Source: an uncultured cyanobacterium (lineage in GTDB: Bacteria > Cyanobacteriota > Cyanobacteriia > Leptolyngbyales > Leptolyngbyaceae). Taken from it: a stretch of 64,000 bases of DNA. The notes under the pieces are model-generated. The model was given only the letters and a program-made list of their open reading frames with translations, had not been told where the DNA came from and searched no databases. Within the stretch, counting starts at the first letter, position 1; the number at the start of each line of letters is the position of its first letter. The DNA lies in assembly GCA_963766075.1 (NCBI GenBank), contig CAVYAN010000008.1, positions 1 through 64,000 on the forward strand. Direction: 5' to 3'. This document shows, piece by piece, positions 1 to 10,652 of this stretch. The translations under genes were made by a program, and so were the position numbers.

Positions 1-27
1 AGGTCAGGATGACGGGGGTAATGGCAG

Positions 28-1351
28 TTAGCATGGTTGATCGAAGGGATGACTAGAGGACAGTTGTTCGGGTAATGCTTTGGGTGGAGGCGTTAGCGTT
101 GGATGCGCTAATGTTTGATAGTGATTGATGAGTTGTAGAATGATGGCTGGCCATGCAAACTGAGCCCGTACAACTTGGGCGGCGCGATCGCCCATGGCAC
201 GCCCTACAGTTCGATCTTGGATAAAAGCATTTAGGATTTGGGCGATCGCCTCGGACTCCTGTGGCACCACCCATCCCACATGGTGGGTTTGCACCCATTC
301 TGCCAGCGCAACTTCGGGAGTAATGAGGATGGCAATCCCGCCCCCGCTGCTTCCAGAACCGCGATGCCAAAATTTTCGGAATAGGAGGGAAGCGCGAACA
401 GGTCCGCTCCCTGGAGCAGTAACTGTTTGCAGATCGCCGCTGGCAAATCCCACCCGATGGGTCCGGGCTGAGATCCTCGCGCTTGTGATGCATCGCGTGA
501 TTTCCGCTTCGTATTCCGGGGTGCCACTGCCCGCAATCACCAATTGAAACGGCTCTGAGGATAAATGCCCCAGGGCGGCAATCAAGGTCTCAATGCCTTT
601 TTTGGGATGGAGTCGCGACAAAAACAGGATGATCCGGTCTGTGGGGGGTAGCCCTAGCCAAGCCCGTAATTGGCTTTGGGCATCGGGTATCACTGGTGGA
701 AGTGTAATGCCGTGGGGCAGGATAAAGCTGGGGCAGTCCAGGTTCAAGGCGGCAGCTTCCTGCTGCTCTTGGGCTGATGTGAAGTGTAATGCGCTGGTAT
801 GATCGAGTTCTCGCCGAATTAGGCGCAGATACATCTGCTTTTTTCTGCGCACCCTGTTGCAGTGACCAATGGGCTAGGGAACCCAACGGACGAACAATGT
901 AGGGAACGTTCAACAGTCGTGCCAGAATCATGGCAATGACAGCAGGATAGGAAAAAACAGCGTGAATATGAATCAAGTCATAGTCACGCATATGTTGAAA
1001 CAACCAACGGGTCAACGCGAATGAAAATGTAAATTCGCGGATTGCGTCTGAAGCTGGAGAAAATCGTGGGAAGAAGCGGATAGGAATAGTGCGATCGCCA
1101 TTTTTTATATTGGTGGATGCACTAGTAGATGCACTAGTAGATACACTAACAAATGCTCTGGATGCGGAATCGACAGGATAATCAACCCACTGCTGTAGTT
1201 TCACATCCAGAAGCCCATCGCCATCGTCGTTGGTGGTGGCGATCGCGGCATCAATTCCCTGGTGGCGAAGTTGCCAAACCATTTCTAGGACGGCATGGCT
1301 GGGTCCGCCCCGCACCGGTGAAACCGATGGAATTACATGCAGAATTTTCAT
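28..1351 (-). CDS. GT4 glycosyltransferase, broken by 3 single-base indels (probable assembly errors, or a pseudogene)
   Basis: N-terminus [18 protein letters not shown] (ORF 590..1351) continues in ORF 28..852 ([12 protein letters not shown]), then ORF 231..536 ([20 protein letters not shown], the GT4 EX7E motif), then returns to the 28..852 frame. Confidence 0.85.
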
Positions 1352-2574
1352 TCAAAGGCCTCGTGGGTAAATTGAGGGTGGTGAGGATCTGTGGCTAAAG
1401 ACGACGTTTGCAGCAGGTGTGCCAGAGTTTGCCGAAATGCAGCGGGACCAAAGGTTTGCAGGGTAGCTTCCCGCAGTGCTGAGGGTGAGTACAGTAGTGG
1501 ATTGGGATGGCGTTTCTGCAAAATTTGTAGGAGGGTCGTTGCTAGCAAGGGCACATCGCAGGGATCGACCAGTGCTCCCAGGCGTCCGTGATCCAGGGCA
1601 TCAATCGCGCCATCCAATCCCCCCACGACGGGCTTACCCGAAGCCATCGCCTCCAGATATACAATGCCAAATCCCTCTAATTTACTGGGCATCGCAAACA
1701 CATCACACAGGTTGTAATACTGCGGCAGTTCTGCATCGGGAATGAAACCGGCTAAGGTGACGCAGTGCTGAAGCTGTTTGGCCTGAATCAGGCGTTCTAG
1801 GCGATCGCGATCATCCCCCGTGCCGACGATCAGATAATGCACGTTGGGAATGGCCTGCTGGATCTGGGGTAACGCCGCCAAGATCTGGTCATAGCTGTGG
1901 AAGGGTTCCCCGGCGGCCAAGCGATTCACCGTCAAAATGATGGGTTGCTCTGCTGTGAGGCCATGGCGCTGGAGTAGATGGGCCGGTTTCTCAGCCACCT
2001 GAAATCGCGTTGCATCAAAGGTATTGGGCAAAATGTGCACCTTCTGGGGATTAATTCCGCCGTGGGCTAACAGGCGATCGCGGGTATAGGAGCTAACGGC
2101 TAAGATGCGATCGGCTCCGGCGAGGGCTTGCAACACCTGGGGACGCTGGATTTCCCACGCTTCAAAGCCATGGGCAATCGTCCAATAGGGAATGCCCCGC
2201 AGTTGCTTCAGGCGATAGGCGGCCACCGTAAAGCTGAGATGAGTGGTCAGGACTAAATCTGGGCGTTGCCATGCTCCTGCCGCTAACACTTGGGCCGCAA
2301 AGGCAGGTGTTCGCCACCGCTGGGGAATCTGCCCTGCGTAATGAAAGTGGGTCTGGTCAGGGGCGATCGCCGTTTGGGGGCGATCGTGCATCAGAAACAC
2401 CTGCTTTTGCATCCTTGGATCGAGATCCTGAAGGGCCGTCAGCAAGAACTGGGAAAACACTTGGATGCCCCCTTTGAAATCAAATAATCCAGGGGACCAG
2501 AAATGTAGGAGAGGTTGAGGACGATGGGACATGGGCATTTTTCCTGTCAGGAATGAGCGGGCGACCTGTGACAT
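1348..2574 (-). CDS. GT4 glycosyltransferase
   Basis: CDVFAMPSKLEGFGIVYLEAMASGKPVV motif. Confidence 0.9.
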   Translation of the reverse strand: MSQVARSFLTGKMPMSHRPQPLLHFWSPGLFDFKGGIQVFSQFLLTALQDLDPRMQKQVFLMHDRPQTAIAPDQTHFHYAGQIPQRWRTPAFAAQVLAAGAWQRPDLVLTTHLSFTVAAYRLKQLRGIPYWTIAHGFEAWEIQRPQVLQALAGADRILAVSSYTRDRLLAHGGINPQKVHILPNTFDATRFQVAEKPAHLLQRHGLTAEQPIILTVNRLAAGEPFHSYDQILAALPQIQQAIPNVHYLIVGTGDDRDRLERLIQAKQLQHCVTLAGFIPDAELPQYYNLCDVFAMPSKLEGFGIVYLEAMASGKPVVGGLDGAIDALDHGRLGALVDPCDVPLLATTLLQILQKRHPNPLLYSPSALREATLQTFGPAAFRQTLAHLLQTSSLATDPHHPQFTHEAFE

Positions 2575-2621
2575 GGCGATGAACGGATTGGGTGAGGGCA
2601 GGGTGAGAGTGTCTGCTTCGA

Positions 2622-3689
2622 CTAGTTAGAGGGTTTCAACTGCTTACGGGTTTCTTGGGGACCGCTGCTTAAACTGGTGCGATTGAGGACACCCATTACG
2701 CCCAGTACACATCCCAAGGCACTCCACCCCCAGGGACTCACCATCAGGACGTTGGCGCTGAGTCCAGCCCAGAGTACAAGCCCATAAATGGTCCACACCA
2801 CTTGGGATTGGGACAAGCCTAGGCGTAGCAACCGATGATGGATATGGCGTTGATCTGGGAAAAACACGGATTTCCGATTCAGTAGGCGCGTCATCATCAC
2901 CAGAACCATGTCAATAATGGGTACGAATAGGACGAGGTAGGGAATGGCATTGCCCGTAAACTCGCCTTGGGCCATACTTAAGACCCCAATTCCTGCGAGT
3001 AGTCCGCCGATAAAATAGGAGCCGCCATCTCCCATGTAAAGCTGAGCGGGCTTCCGGTTATAGGGCCAAAAGCCCAGAGCTGCACCCGCTAGGGCTAGGG
3101 CTAGAATCATGACGGGTAAGTTATGGTGTTGCCATGCCAGGAGAGCAAACATGCCGGCGGTAATAGTGGCTACCCCGGTGGCGAGGCCATCCATCCCATC
3201 CATCCAGTTGATGGCATTAGCTACCCCGGCGAGCCACAGGAATGTAATCGGCAAGCTCCAGATGCCGATAGGGATAGAGCCTAGCAGTGGAATGGGTAGG
3301 GTATGAATTTGGACACCCATGAACCAGGTGCAGGAGACAACGATCGCCTGTAGGCCCAGTCGCCAGTAGGGAGACAGTTGCCAGCGATCGTCAGCAAACC
3401 CAATGGCAAAAAAGCTGATGCTGGCCAGTATCACGCCTGTGATCGGTAGCCATGCCCGCAATTCGGGGAAGGCTAAACCCGCTAGGGGGAGGCTGATCCC
3501 ACAGGCCAGTAACGTCCCGAGGGCGATCGCCAAGCCCCCCATCCGGACCATGGGTTTGTGGTGCAGTTTGCGGGCATCGGGCTGATCAAACATCCCCCAC
3601 CGCTTGCCTAAGCGATGAACCATCGGTGTTACGAGTAACACAATCCATAACGAGCAGAAAAAAGCCAGAGAAGCAATCATAGTTATCAC
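2622..3689 (-). CDS. MraY/WecA-family undecaprenyl-phosphate sugar-1-phosphate transferase
   Basis: Polytopic membrane protein with GFADD, NAINWMDGMDGL, YMGDGGS and HIHHRL motifs. Confidence 0.9.
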   Translation of the reverse strand: MITMIASLAFFCSLWIVLLVTPMVHRLGKRWGMFDQPDARKLHHKPMVRMGGLAIALGTLLACGISLPLAGLAFPELRAWLPITGVILASISFFAIGFADDRWQLSPYWRLGLQAIVVSCTWFMGVQIHTLPIPLLGSIPIGIWSLPITFLWLAGVANAINWMDGMDGLATGVATITAGMFALLAWQHHNLPVMILALALAGAALGFWPYNRKPAQLYMGDGGSYFIGGLLAGIGVLSMAQGEFTGNAIPYLVLFVPIIDMVLVMMTRLLNRKSVFFPDQRHIHHRLLRLGLSQSQVVWTIYGLVLWAGLSANVLMVSPWGWSALGCVLGVMGVLNRTSLSSGPQETRKQLKPSN

Positions 3690-3748
3690 ACAGGTCGTCC
3701 TGGGAAAAGTTTATGGATGCTTCTACTCTGCTCTCTCGTTGTTAACGA

Positions 3749-4984
3749 TCAAGATGATGAATGGGATTGCTGAACGTATAACTTCTGCTCAGTAGTTGCG
3801 GTTAATGAAGGAGTCGATAAAGGATTAATCCAGTTCAATGCTTGCTGCAATCCATCTGTTGTTTGGCGATAACTGTAGTGTTGAATTTGCCGTTCGCTAG
3901 CCTGTCCGAATTGGATGAGGCGATCGCCCGCTTGCAACGCGTCCTGCAAACATTCTGTCAACGCTGTTACATCCCCAGCCGGGAAAATCCAGCCATTCTC
4001 TCCCGGCTTGACTAGATTGGCAGCACAGCCGACGTGATCGCTGACAATAATTGGTTTTGCCATGCACATGGCTTCGTTCACGGCTAAGCCCCAGGTTTCA
4101 CTGTTTCCCTGGCTCGGTAGCACAAATACATCGGCGATCGCGTAGGTGCGGGGCATCAAGCTCTGGTTTTGAAAGGGTGCAAAGAAGATGTTGTTGTGAC
4201 CCGTGGCCTGCGATCGCAGGTCTCCCTCCAGTGCCCCTGCCCCCACGATTAACAGAGATGTTTCGGCTATATTGGCCGCAATAAATGCCTGGAGCAAATC
4301 CTGGGGACGTTTCTTCAGAATCAGTTTTCCTGCAAACAAGACAACGCGATGGGCTGCGGGAATGCCTAGGGTCTGTTTCCAGTGCTGTGCCTGCTGCTGT
4401 GCCGCCACCCGATGACTCATAAACCGTTCATTCTCAATGGCGTGGGGGGCAAAGAACAAGCGATCGGCGGGCACGCCATGGGCCCGAAAATAGTCATGGT
4501 TGGCCTGCCCGACATACAGCACCGCCGCAAAGCGGCGAAATACCTGCTGAATCCATTGCTGGCGCAGCCATGCTTTGCCACCGCGTTCGGGGACGAGGCG
4601 ATGGGAGTCGCCCCGGAAGAGGATGGGGGTCTGGTGCCAGGTCAGTAAAAATTGATAAATACTGGCATAGTTATAGTTCATTAACAGGACAGCATCGGGA
4701 GCATAGGCCCGGACGCGATCGCCCAGCATTGGATTTTGTAGTCCTAAGGGATGACTGGTACCGGGACGCCGACTCACATTGGGGACAAATTCCGACGCAT
4801 AGCCTGTGAGTAGAGGGATATCCCACTGAATGGCCTGCTGGAAGCCTTGATCGGCCTGTTGGGTGATGCCAAAATCCCAGAGATAAAAGACCCGAATGTC
4901 CAGATCGGTGGTAGCAGCGAGGTAGCGGAACCAGGGAGCATAATACTGGATCGGATGGGATGTGATGATGGCTAATTTTTTCAT
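3749..4984 (-). CDS. GT4 glycosyltransferase
   Basis: ADVFVLPSQGNSETWGLAVNEAM motif. Confidence 0.9.
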   Translation of the reverse strand: MKKLAIITSHPIQYYAPWFRYLAATTDLDIRVFYLWDFGITQQADQGFQQAIQWDIPLLTGYASEFVPNVSRRPGTSHPLGLQNPMLGDRVRAYAPDAVLLMNYNYASIYQFLLTWHQTPILFRGDSHRLVPERGGKAWLRQQWIQQVFRRFAAVLYVGQANHDYFRAHGVPADRLFFAPHAIENERFMSHRVAAQQQAQHWKQTLGIPAAHRVVLFAGKLILKKRPQDLLQAFIAANIAETSLLIVGAGALEGDLRSQATGHNNIFFAPFQNQSLMPRTYAIADVFVLPSQGNSETWGLAVNEAMCMAKPIIVSDHVGCAANLVKPGENGWIFPAGDVTALTECLQDALQAGDRLIQFGQASERQIQHYSYRQTTDGLQQALNWINPLSTPSLTATTEQKLYVQQSHSSS

Positions 4985-5059
4985 GATGTCTGTCCCATGG
5001 GTTGTGGGAGTGAGGAGTGCATTGGGAAGAGGTTGGGCTGGGCCAATTTAGGGGCCGAT

Positions 5060-6631
5060 TTAGGGTGAAGTTACAGTGGTGTTTGCCGGGGCTTGGAGTA
5101 GTGGGGCTTGGGGCAGCGGTGCTTGGGCCTCTAGGGCTTCGATCAAGAGGTGGATTTCCTCTTCGTTGAGGGTGGCTAAACGGGTGATCTCTAAGGGCGG
5201 TTGTGGGGTGCGGTGCGGTTTACGAAACCGCCGCATAATGACAAATCGCATCCCTAGCAGGGGCATGGAGGATTGTTGGAGCGTGGCGGCATAAACGCCT
5301 GCTGTCCATTCTGTTGAGGCGAGGGCAAAGCTAATCACGAGAATGCAAAACAACGTCCGAAATGAGAAGGTGGGGGCATCAGCGCCCTGGCGGGTGACAA
5401 AGCCATAGAATGCCCCCAGAATGCTGCCAATCAGCGCCGCGCCCATTAAGCCAAAATTGGCATAGGCTTCGGGCAGGAGTCCCCAGGCAATCACGGTCTT
5501 AAACGTTTCCTGATAGGTTTGTCGTTTTACATGCACGTTTAACAGATGGGTACCTTCGTGGCTGCGAATTTTATTGGGGCTTAAAAATCGCGGCATCATG
5601 AGTTGTGGAATAATTCCGTAGGTCGTCCCATTCATGAAGGGATACAGTCGAGGAATTTTATTCTGGGCCATCATCAGCATGTGGATCACACTGGAGCGAT
5701 CGACGAAGGATTCCTTTTTCTCCTTGGGTGGATCCCAACGATTGGCGTGATGAAACATTTCCCCCTGGGCATAGCCAATCCACTCCTGAAACCAGGCCGG
5801 GTACTCCCAAGGCTGAACATGCCGGGGTGGCCCATTCCAATAGATATGGCGCATCGGATGCTTGCCGTAATGCAGAGGAATAATGCAAACTAACCCAACC
5901 AGTAAAGCCACTAGCGGCAGCTTACGCCCCCCAATGACATACGCCACGACGCTCATGAGAAAAATCGTTAGGGCGGTTTTGAGGATCAAAGTGGCCGCAC
6001 TGGTTAAGATAATGCCCGCTATAAAGAACAGCAGCAACCCACTTTTGAATCTAGATAATTTGCCGCCGCCACAGCGATAGCACAATACGAAAACACCTAG
6101 CGTGCTGAGCCCAATAATAATGCCGCGAACTAAGGAAAATAAGCTGCCCGGAATGCTAAACCAGGCTCCTAAGAAATACATATTGAATACCAACTGCACC
6201 CCCAGCATCCAGAAAAAGAAATTTTCTGCGCCTTTGGTTTGCAAAGCTAAGATGGGTCGCTGATCAAGGTTTTCGGTTTTAACAAACTGCCACCAAATTA
6301 TGCTGCCACTGCCCAGAAACACCACCGTAGTGAAACTGGCGTACAAATGGGCCGCAGGTGAATACATGACGATATTGGGATTATCGCTGAGCAGTGGCAG
6401 ACAAAAGGTCCATAAATAGGTCAGGGTAAAGAATGGGAATATGGGCATGCCCTTGACCTTGCCTGCACACCATAAATACATCGGAAACATGCAGGCTATC
6501 CCAATCATGACTGCGCTGATCGCGGTGGCGGGGGCTACTTTGAATAAAGCTTTGGCGTTGGCTAGGACGAGTGCACCCATGCCAAACCAGAAGACGATCG
6601 GCATTTGATTTTTTTGTGGTGGTTTTGCCAT
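5060..6631 (-). CDS. Polytopic membrane protein, possible Wzy-like polysaccharide polymerase
   Basis: About 10 hydrophobic segments, a large loop with PRFLSPNK and a late EAYANFG motif; lies within a GT cluster. Confidence 0.55.
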   Translation of the reverse strand: MAKPPQKNQMPIVFWFGMGALVLANAKALFKVAPATAISAVMIGIACMFPMYLWCAGKVKGMPIFPFFTLTYLWTFCLPLLSDNPNIVMYSPAAHLYASFTTVVFLGSGSIIWWQFVKTENLDQRPILALQTKGAENFFFWMLGVQLVFNMYFLGAWFSIPGSLFSLVRGIIIGLSTLGVFVLCYRCGGGKLSRFKSGLLLFFIAGIILTSAATLILKTALTIFLMSVVAYVIGGRKLPLVALLVGLVCIIPLHYGKHPMRHIYWNGPPRHVQPWEYPAWFQEWIGYAQGEMFHHANRWDPPKEKKESFVDRSSVIHMLMMAQNKIPRLYPFMNGTTYGIIPQLMMPRFLSPNKIRSHEGTHLLNVHVKRQTYQETFKTVIAWGLLPEAYANFGLMGAALIGSILGAFYGFVTRQGADAPTFSFRTLFCILVISFALASTEWTAGVYAATLQQSSMPLLGMRFVIMRRFRKPHRTPQPPLEITRLATLNEEEIHLLIEALEAQAPLPQAPLLQAPANTTVTSP

Positions 6632-6708
6632 AGTCCTCTGGTTTGTTGATGTCCTCTGGTTTGTTGACGTTCTCTGGCTTGTTGACGGCTAATGCTGAAC
6701 CATTCCGC

Positions 6709-8097
6709 CTATACCAGGGCCTGCTCAGCGACGGCTCGGTCGAATACGGCGCAGAGCCGTCGGGTCATTTCCCTGGCTGTATAGGGAAGAAAGGCATCCC
6801 ATTGTGTATCCGGTGCTTTATGGCGGGGCTGGTTGAGCAGTGTGTTCAAGCAGAGGGCCATGTCTTGGCAGCGATCGCCCGGTGTTGTGTCCGCGTCAAA
6901 GGTGACGACCTGGCCAGCTTTGCACTGATGCATGATCTCCACAACGGAACTGTGCTGATGGAAAATGGCCAGAATCGGTTTCTGGGCGAGGATGCAGGGA
7001 TAGAGTTTAGAGGCGGTGTAGCTGGGGTCATCTGAGCCAATCATCAGAATTCCGTCGCTGTCTACCAGCAACTGCTGCGCCTCAAAGTAGGGAATGCGGC
7101 GGGTATGTTCTGTCACCAAGTCAGTGACCCCATACTCGTGAGCGATCGCCTCGACAGTTTTTACGGCCAAGGCATCGGGGGCATAGCTGGTACCCACAAA
7201 GTGCAGATGCACCTGTTGCCAGCGATCGGGTGCCTGCTGGCGCGCTTGTTGCAGCCCCGCAAACAGAATCCGCAGTGCCGTAGCCATATCTGCCCCCCCG
7301 CGTCCTACATATACCCAGTGGCGCTTGCCATCCTGGGGATCAAAAATTGACTGGCGGATCTGGAGCTGGGGTAATTGGGCAAAATCATGTTCCGGTGCCC
7401 CAAAGGGTAATACCGTAAATTGTTCCGATCTCAGCCAAGGATAACGCTGTTGTAGCACTTCGGGGTAGGTGGGCGAAACACTAATCACATGGTTCACAGT
7501 TTGCAGTGCCTGTGGCTCACAGAGGCGAGCTAAAAACTGGGTCACCCCATATTTAAATCGACCGCCGGGAGGCGGGGGAGTGGGCTCCTGAAGTTGGGAG
7601 CTTTCCAAATTTCTCCGGTGGTAGTCGCTCCGCCAGGGATCCTGAAAATCCAGCACATAGGGTAGACCAAAGCGCTGTTGCCACCGTTTGCCCAGGGTCA
7701 TGACGGGGAAAATTGTGGTGGAAAAAAAGACTAAATCAAAGGGGCGGGTCTGGAGCAGGCGATCGCCTTGGTGCTGAAAGTAGGGCAGACAACGCCAACC
7801 GACATTGCCCAGGCCTACCCAACCCGTATATTGGCGCGGCAGAGCGGTGGTTCGGGTGATGGCTAGATCCGGTGGCAGGGCCTCGGCCAGTTTCGGATCA
7901 ATCGGGTGGGGGACTTGATCGGCCTGTACGGCGAGGATCTCTGCCTCCCAGCCAAACTCCTGTAAATACGGCAATGCCACCCGAATCCGTTGATGATCGG
8001 GGGCATTGGTGGGGGGGAAATGGGGACTAACAATCAGCACGCGCCGTCGAGATTGAGCGGTCATGGCTGAGGCGAGAGCAGAAGCGCAAAGGGCCAT
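6709..8097 (-). CDS. GT-B (GT4-like) glycosyltransferase
   Basis: VLIVSPHFPP N-terminus, VLDFQDPW, SKLYPCILAQKPIL. Confidence 0.8.
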   Translation of the reverse strand: MALCASALASAMTAQSRRRVLIVSPHFPPTNAPDHQRIRVALPYLQEFGWEAEILAVQADQVPHPIDPKLAEALPPDLAITRTTALPRQYTGWVGLGNVGWRCLPYFQHQGDRLLQTRPFDLVFFSTTIFPVMTLGKRWQQRFGLPYVLDFQDPWRSDYHRRNLESSQLQEPTPPPPGGRFKYGVTQFLARLCEPQALQTVNHVISVSPTYPEVLQQRYPWLRSEQFTVLPFGAPEHDFAQLPQLQIRQSIFDPQDGKRHWVYVGRGGADMATALRILFAGLQQARQQAPDRWQQVHLHFVGTSYAPDALAVKTVEAIAHEYGVTDLVTEHTRRIPYFEAQQLLVDSDGILMIGSDDPSYTASKLYPCILAQKPILAIFHQHSSVVEIMHQCKAGQVVTFDADTTPGDRCQDMALCLNTLLNQPRHKAPDTQWDAFLPYTAREMTRRLCAVFDRAVAEQALV

Positions 8098-8173
8098 AGG
8101 GAAATGGGGTCAGGGTATCTCCCTACGATAGGCCAGTCCCTGTTAGCGATGGCGTATACGGAACTGTATAGGT

Positions 8174-9193
8174 TTAGCGTTGTATACCCCAACGCTGTTT
8201 GTTTAGCATGGGTTGGGATGCAACCCAGCGTGTTCCCAAGCGTTTCCACCAGCGATTCTGTTGTAATTTATAGCGGGCTCCACTCCAGTCAATCAAACTT
8301 TGATTGATATCGTGGTCGCCCCGTTGTTCGTCGGGAATATTGCCGGTTTCGATTCGTTCAATGAGTTCGGGCAAGCGATCGTAGAACTCTGGGCAGCGGT
8401 AGGGCGGATGCAATGACCACATGCCCGCCCCCTCACCCAAAAATTCTACGCGCAGCAATCCTTTCTTTGCCATCATCCGGGTGAAAATATCCTCGGGCAA
8501 GCGATAGGGGGGATTGCCCTCAAGTATTGCTTTCATAAAGCCCCAGGGCGCAGCGTAGGGCAGTGGCAAGGCTCCTATGCGATCGCGAAATCTGGCGCGA
8601 TCGAGGAGGAAATATCGAGAACTCATCTCATCAAGTTGAAAAGCGGGAGTGTTATAGGCAAACGGATTGGCGTGTTGAGATCGCAGCTTGCCATTGGCGG
8701 TGGGAGCACCGGGTAATGGGCCACAGAATAACACATGGGGAAACTGCTGCAAAAATGCGATCGCCTCCGCAATCCAGGTTTGGCTGCCACCGCCAAACAT
8801 CAAATCGGAGTCCATGTGGAAAACATAGTCATGCTGAGCGGCATATAACCCATAAAAGTAAGCATAGAAAGGCCCGCCGCGAAAGTCCTTGGCTGGCATC
8901 ATAGCCCCACCAAAAAATGCCTGACTGACTGCCTTCACCGCTTCCGGATGATAATCCACCAGCACGGATCGCACATTGGCAAACTGCGTACAACAGTCCT
9001 CAATCAGCGCTTCTAGCTTGGGGCGACGCTCCTCCCAGCCCTCAGAGAACCGCCCCACACTGCGGTGGAGATCGAGGGTGAGCAGTACTTCATCCACTTG
9101 TCCTGCAAACTGCCGCAATTGGTGCGGCAGAATATGGCAAGCATGAAGCCAGTCACTCGGTGCAAGATTAATCTGTAGCGTCGTTTGAGCCAT
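8174..9193 (-). CDS. Putative GT-A fold glycosyltransferase
   Basis: YVFHMDSD DxD motif; cluster context. Confidence 0.55.
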   Translation of the reverse strand: MAQTTLQINLAPSDWLHACHILPHQLRQFAGQVDEVLLTLDLHRSVGRFSEGWEERRPKLEALIEDCCTQFANVRSVLVDYHPEAVKAVSQAFFGGAMMPAKDFRGGPFYAYFYGLYAAQHDYVFHMDSDLMFGGGSQTWIAEAIAFLQQFPHVLFCGPLPGAPTANGKLRSQHANPFAYNTPAFQLDEMSSRYFLLDRARFRDRIGALPLPYAAPWGFMKAILEGNPPYRLPEDIFTRMMAKKGLLRVEFLGEGAGMWSLHPPYRCPEFYDRLPELIERIETGNIPDEQRGDHDINQSLIDWSGARYKLQQNRWWKRLGTRWVASQPMLNKQRWGIQR

Positions 9194-9239
9194 GAGCCAT
9201 CACCAATTTTTAAATGTATGAGGATTTACAATTGAAGAC

Positions 9240-10652
9240 TTACAACTGAGGATTTACAGCATCGCTTTTTGACCGTCGGGTGGATGCAACAGTGGAAAAC
9301 CAGCCCTCAACGGAGATTGGATCGTGTTTAGATCCAGCCAGTGCCCGTTGAGCTTGATGGACTAATTTTTCTGCTTGGGTTTCCCAGCTCAGTTCGACAC
9401 TCGCTTGTTTGGCAGCCTGCTTAGCCTGCCATAATTCATCTGGATGGCGCATCCAATGATTAATCACCTGCGCTAAGGCGATCGGATCATTGGCTGGAAT
9501 TAGGTGTCCCGCTTGGGGATGCTGTTGCAACACCTCACGCTGTCCCGCTGTATCGGTGGCGATCACCGCTAAGCCAGCTTCTAGATACTGAAACAGCTTG
9601 TTCGTTACGGTTAAATTACGGCTAGGAATCTGTGGGGTTTCAAGGGCTAAACCCATGTCATGCTCTGCAATCCGAGCCGGTAAGTGATGATTATCAACCG
9701 TTTCATGCAAAAAGATTCGATCTTGCCATCCATCGGGTACGAGGGCCATCAACCAATCCCGATACCCCCCTGGACAATTACCCCGCAGATGAATTTCCAC
9801 GGGGGCTTGCACCTGGGGCAGAGCGGCTAGCAGCGTTTCTAACCCCCGGCCTGGCCCAATCGTCTGGGAAAACCAATGCAGTGAAGGAACGCTGAGATTG
9901 TGTCGATCCTGATAGCCTCGGACTGGGTGGTCCCAGGCTGGGCAGTCCCGAACCAGATAGTCCCGAACCGTGTAGTCCCACGCTAAAGAGTTCCAAATTG
10001 GAGAATCCCAAATTTGTGGGCGATCGCTCCGAGGAAAGGCGTTATAGATCACGGTTGGCTCTGCACAGGCATAGGCCGTTGCCATAGCCGTTGCCATGGC
10101 CTGCGAAGTCGTTAAGCAATAGCGACAATGGCGGGCTAGCTCCGCCTCCAACGTTTTGATCCAGGTGATTGGACGGTTGGCCTTTGCCGCAGGCAGCAAA
10201 TCCTCTGAAAACCAATCTTCAAAGTCCACACCAACCTGATACCCCTGCTGTTGCAACTTTCGTCCAACCCACAAGCCAACCTCAGAATGGACAATCGTCA
10301 AATCCGCTCGATACTGTTGTGCAAACCTGAGCATCGCCCGTGCGCCATAGCCTAAGAGTGGCAGAGATAGCAGATTTGCTTTCACAAATAGCTGCTGTGC
10401 TAATTTTGCTTGTAGTCGAATTAGCCCACGCTGGCATGTTTGGAGCAGCGTAATTCCCCGAAAATCGAGAATGGGATAAAACTGCCAAGATTTCGTTTTG
10501 AGTAATACGTAATCTCGCTGCACAAACTGGCGATCAAACCAGACTCCCGCGACCATAACATCATGGCCAGCAGCAGCTAGGGCATCTGCCTCTTTACAGG
10601 GGCGTGGGCCGTTGCACAAGTGCCCGCCCATTAAGATCAAAATTTTAGCCAT
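9240..10652 (-). CDS. GT4 glycosyltransferase
   Basis: NKLFQYLEAGLAVIATD motif. Confidence 0.85.
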   Translation of the reverse strand: MAKILILMGGHLCNGPRPCKEADALAAAGHDVMVAGVWFDRQFVQRDYVLLKTKSWQFYPILDFRGITLLQTCQRGLIRLQAKLAQQLFVKANLLSLPLLGYGARAMLRFAQQYRADLTIVHSEVGLWVGRKLQQQGYQVGVDFEDWFSEDLLPAAKANRPITWIKTLEAELARHCRYCLTTSQAMATAMATAYACAEPTVIYNAFPRSDRPQIWDSPIWNSLAWDYTVRDYLVRDCPAWDHPVRGYQDRHNLSVPSLHWFSQTIGPGRGLETLLAALPQVQAPVEIHLRGNCPGGYRDWLMALVPDGWQDRIFLHETVDNHHLPARIAEHDMGLALETPQIPSRNLTVTNKLFQYLEAGLAVIATDTAGQREVLQQHPQAGHLIPANDPIALAQVINHWMRHPDELWQAKQAAKQASVELSWETQAEKLVHQAQRALAGSKHDPISVEGWFSTVASTRRSKSDAVNPQL

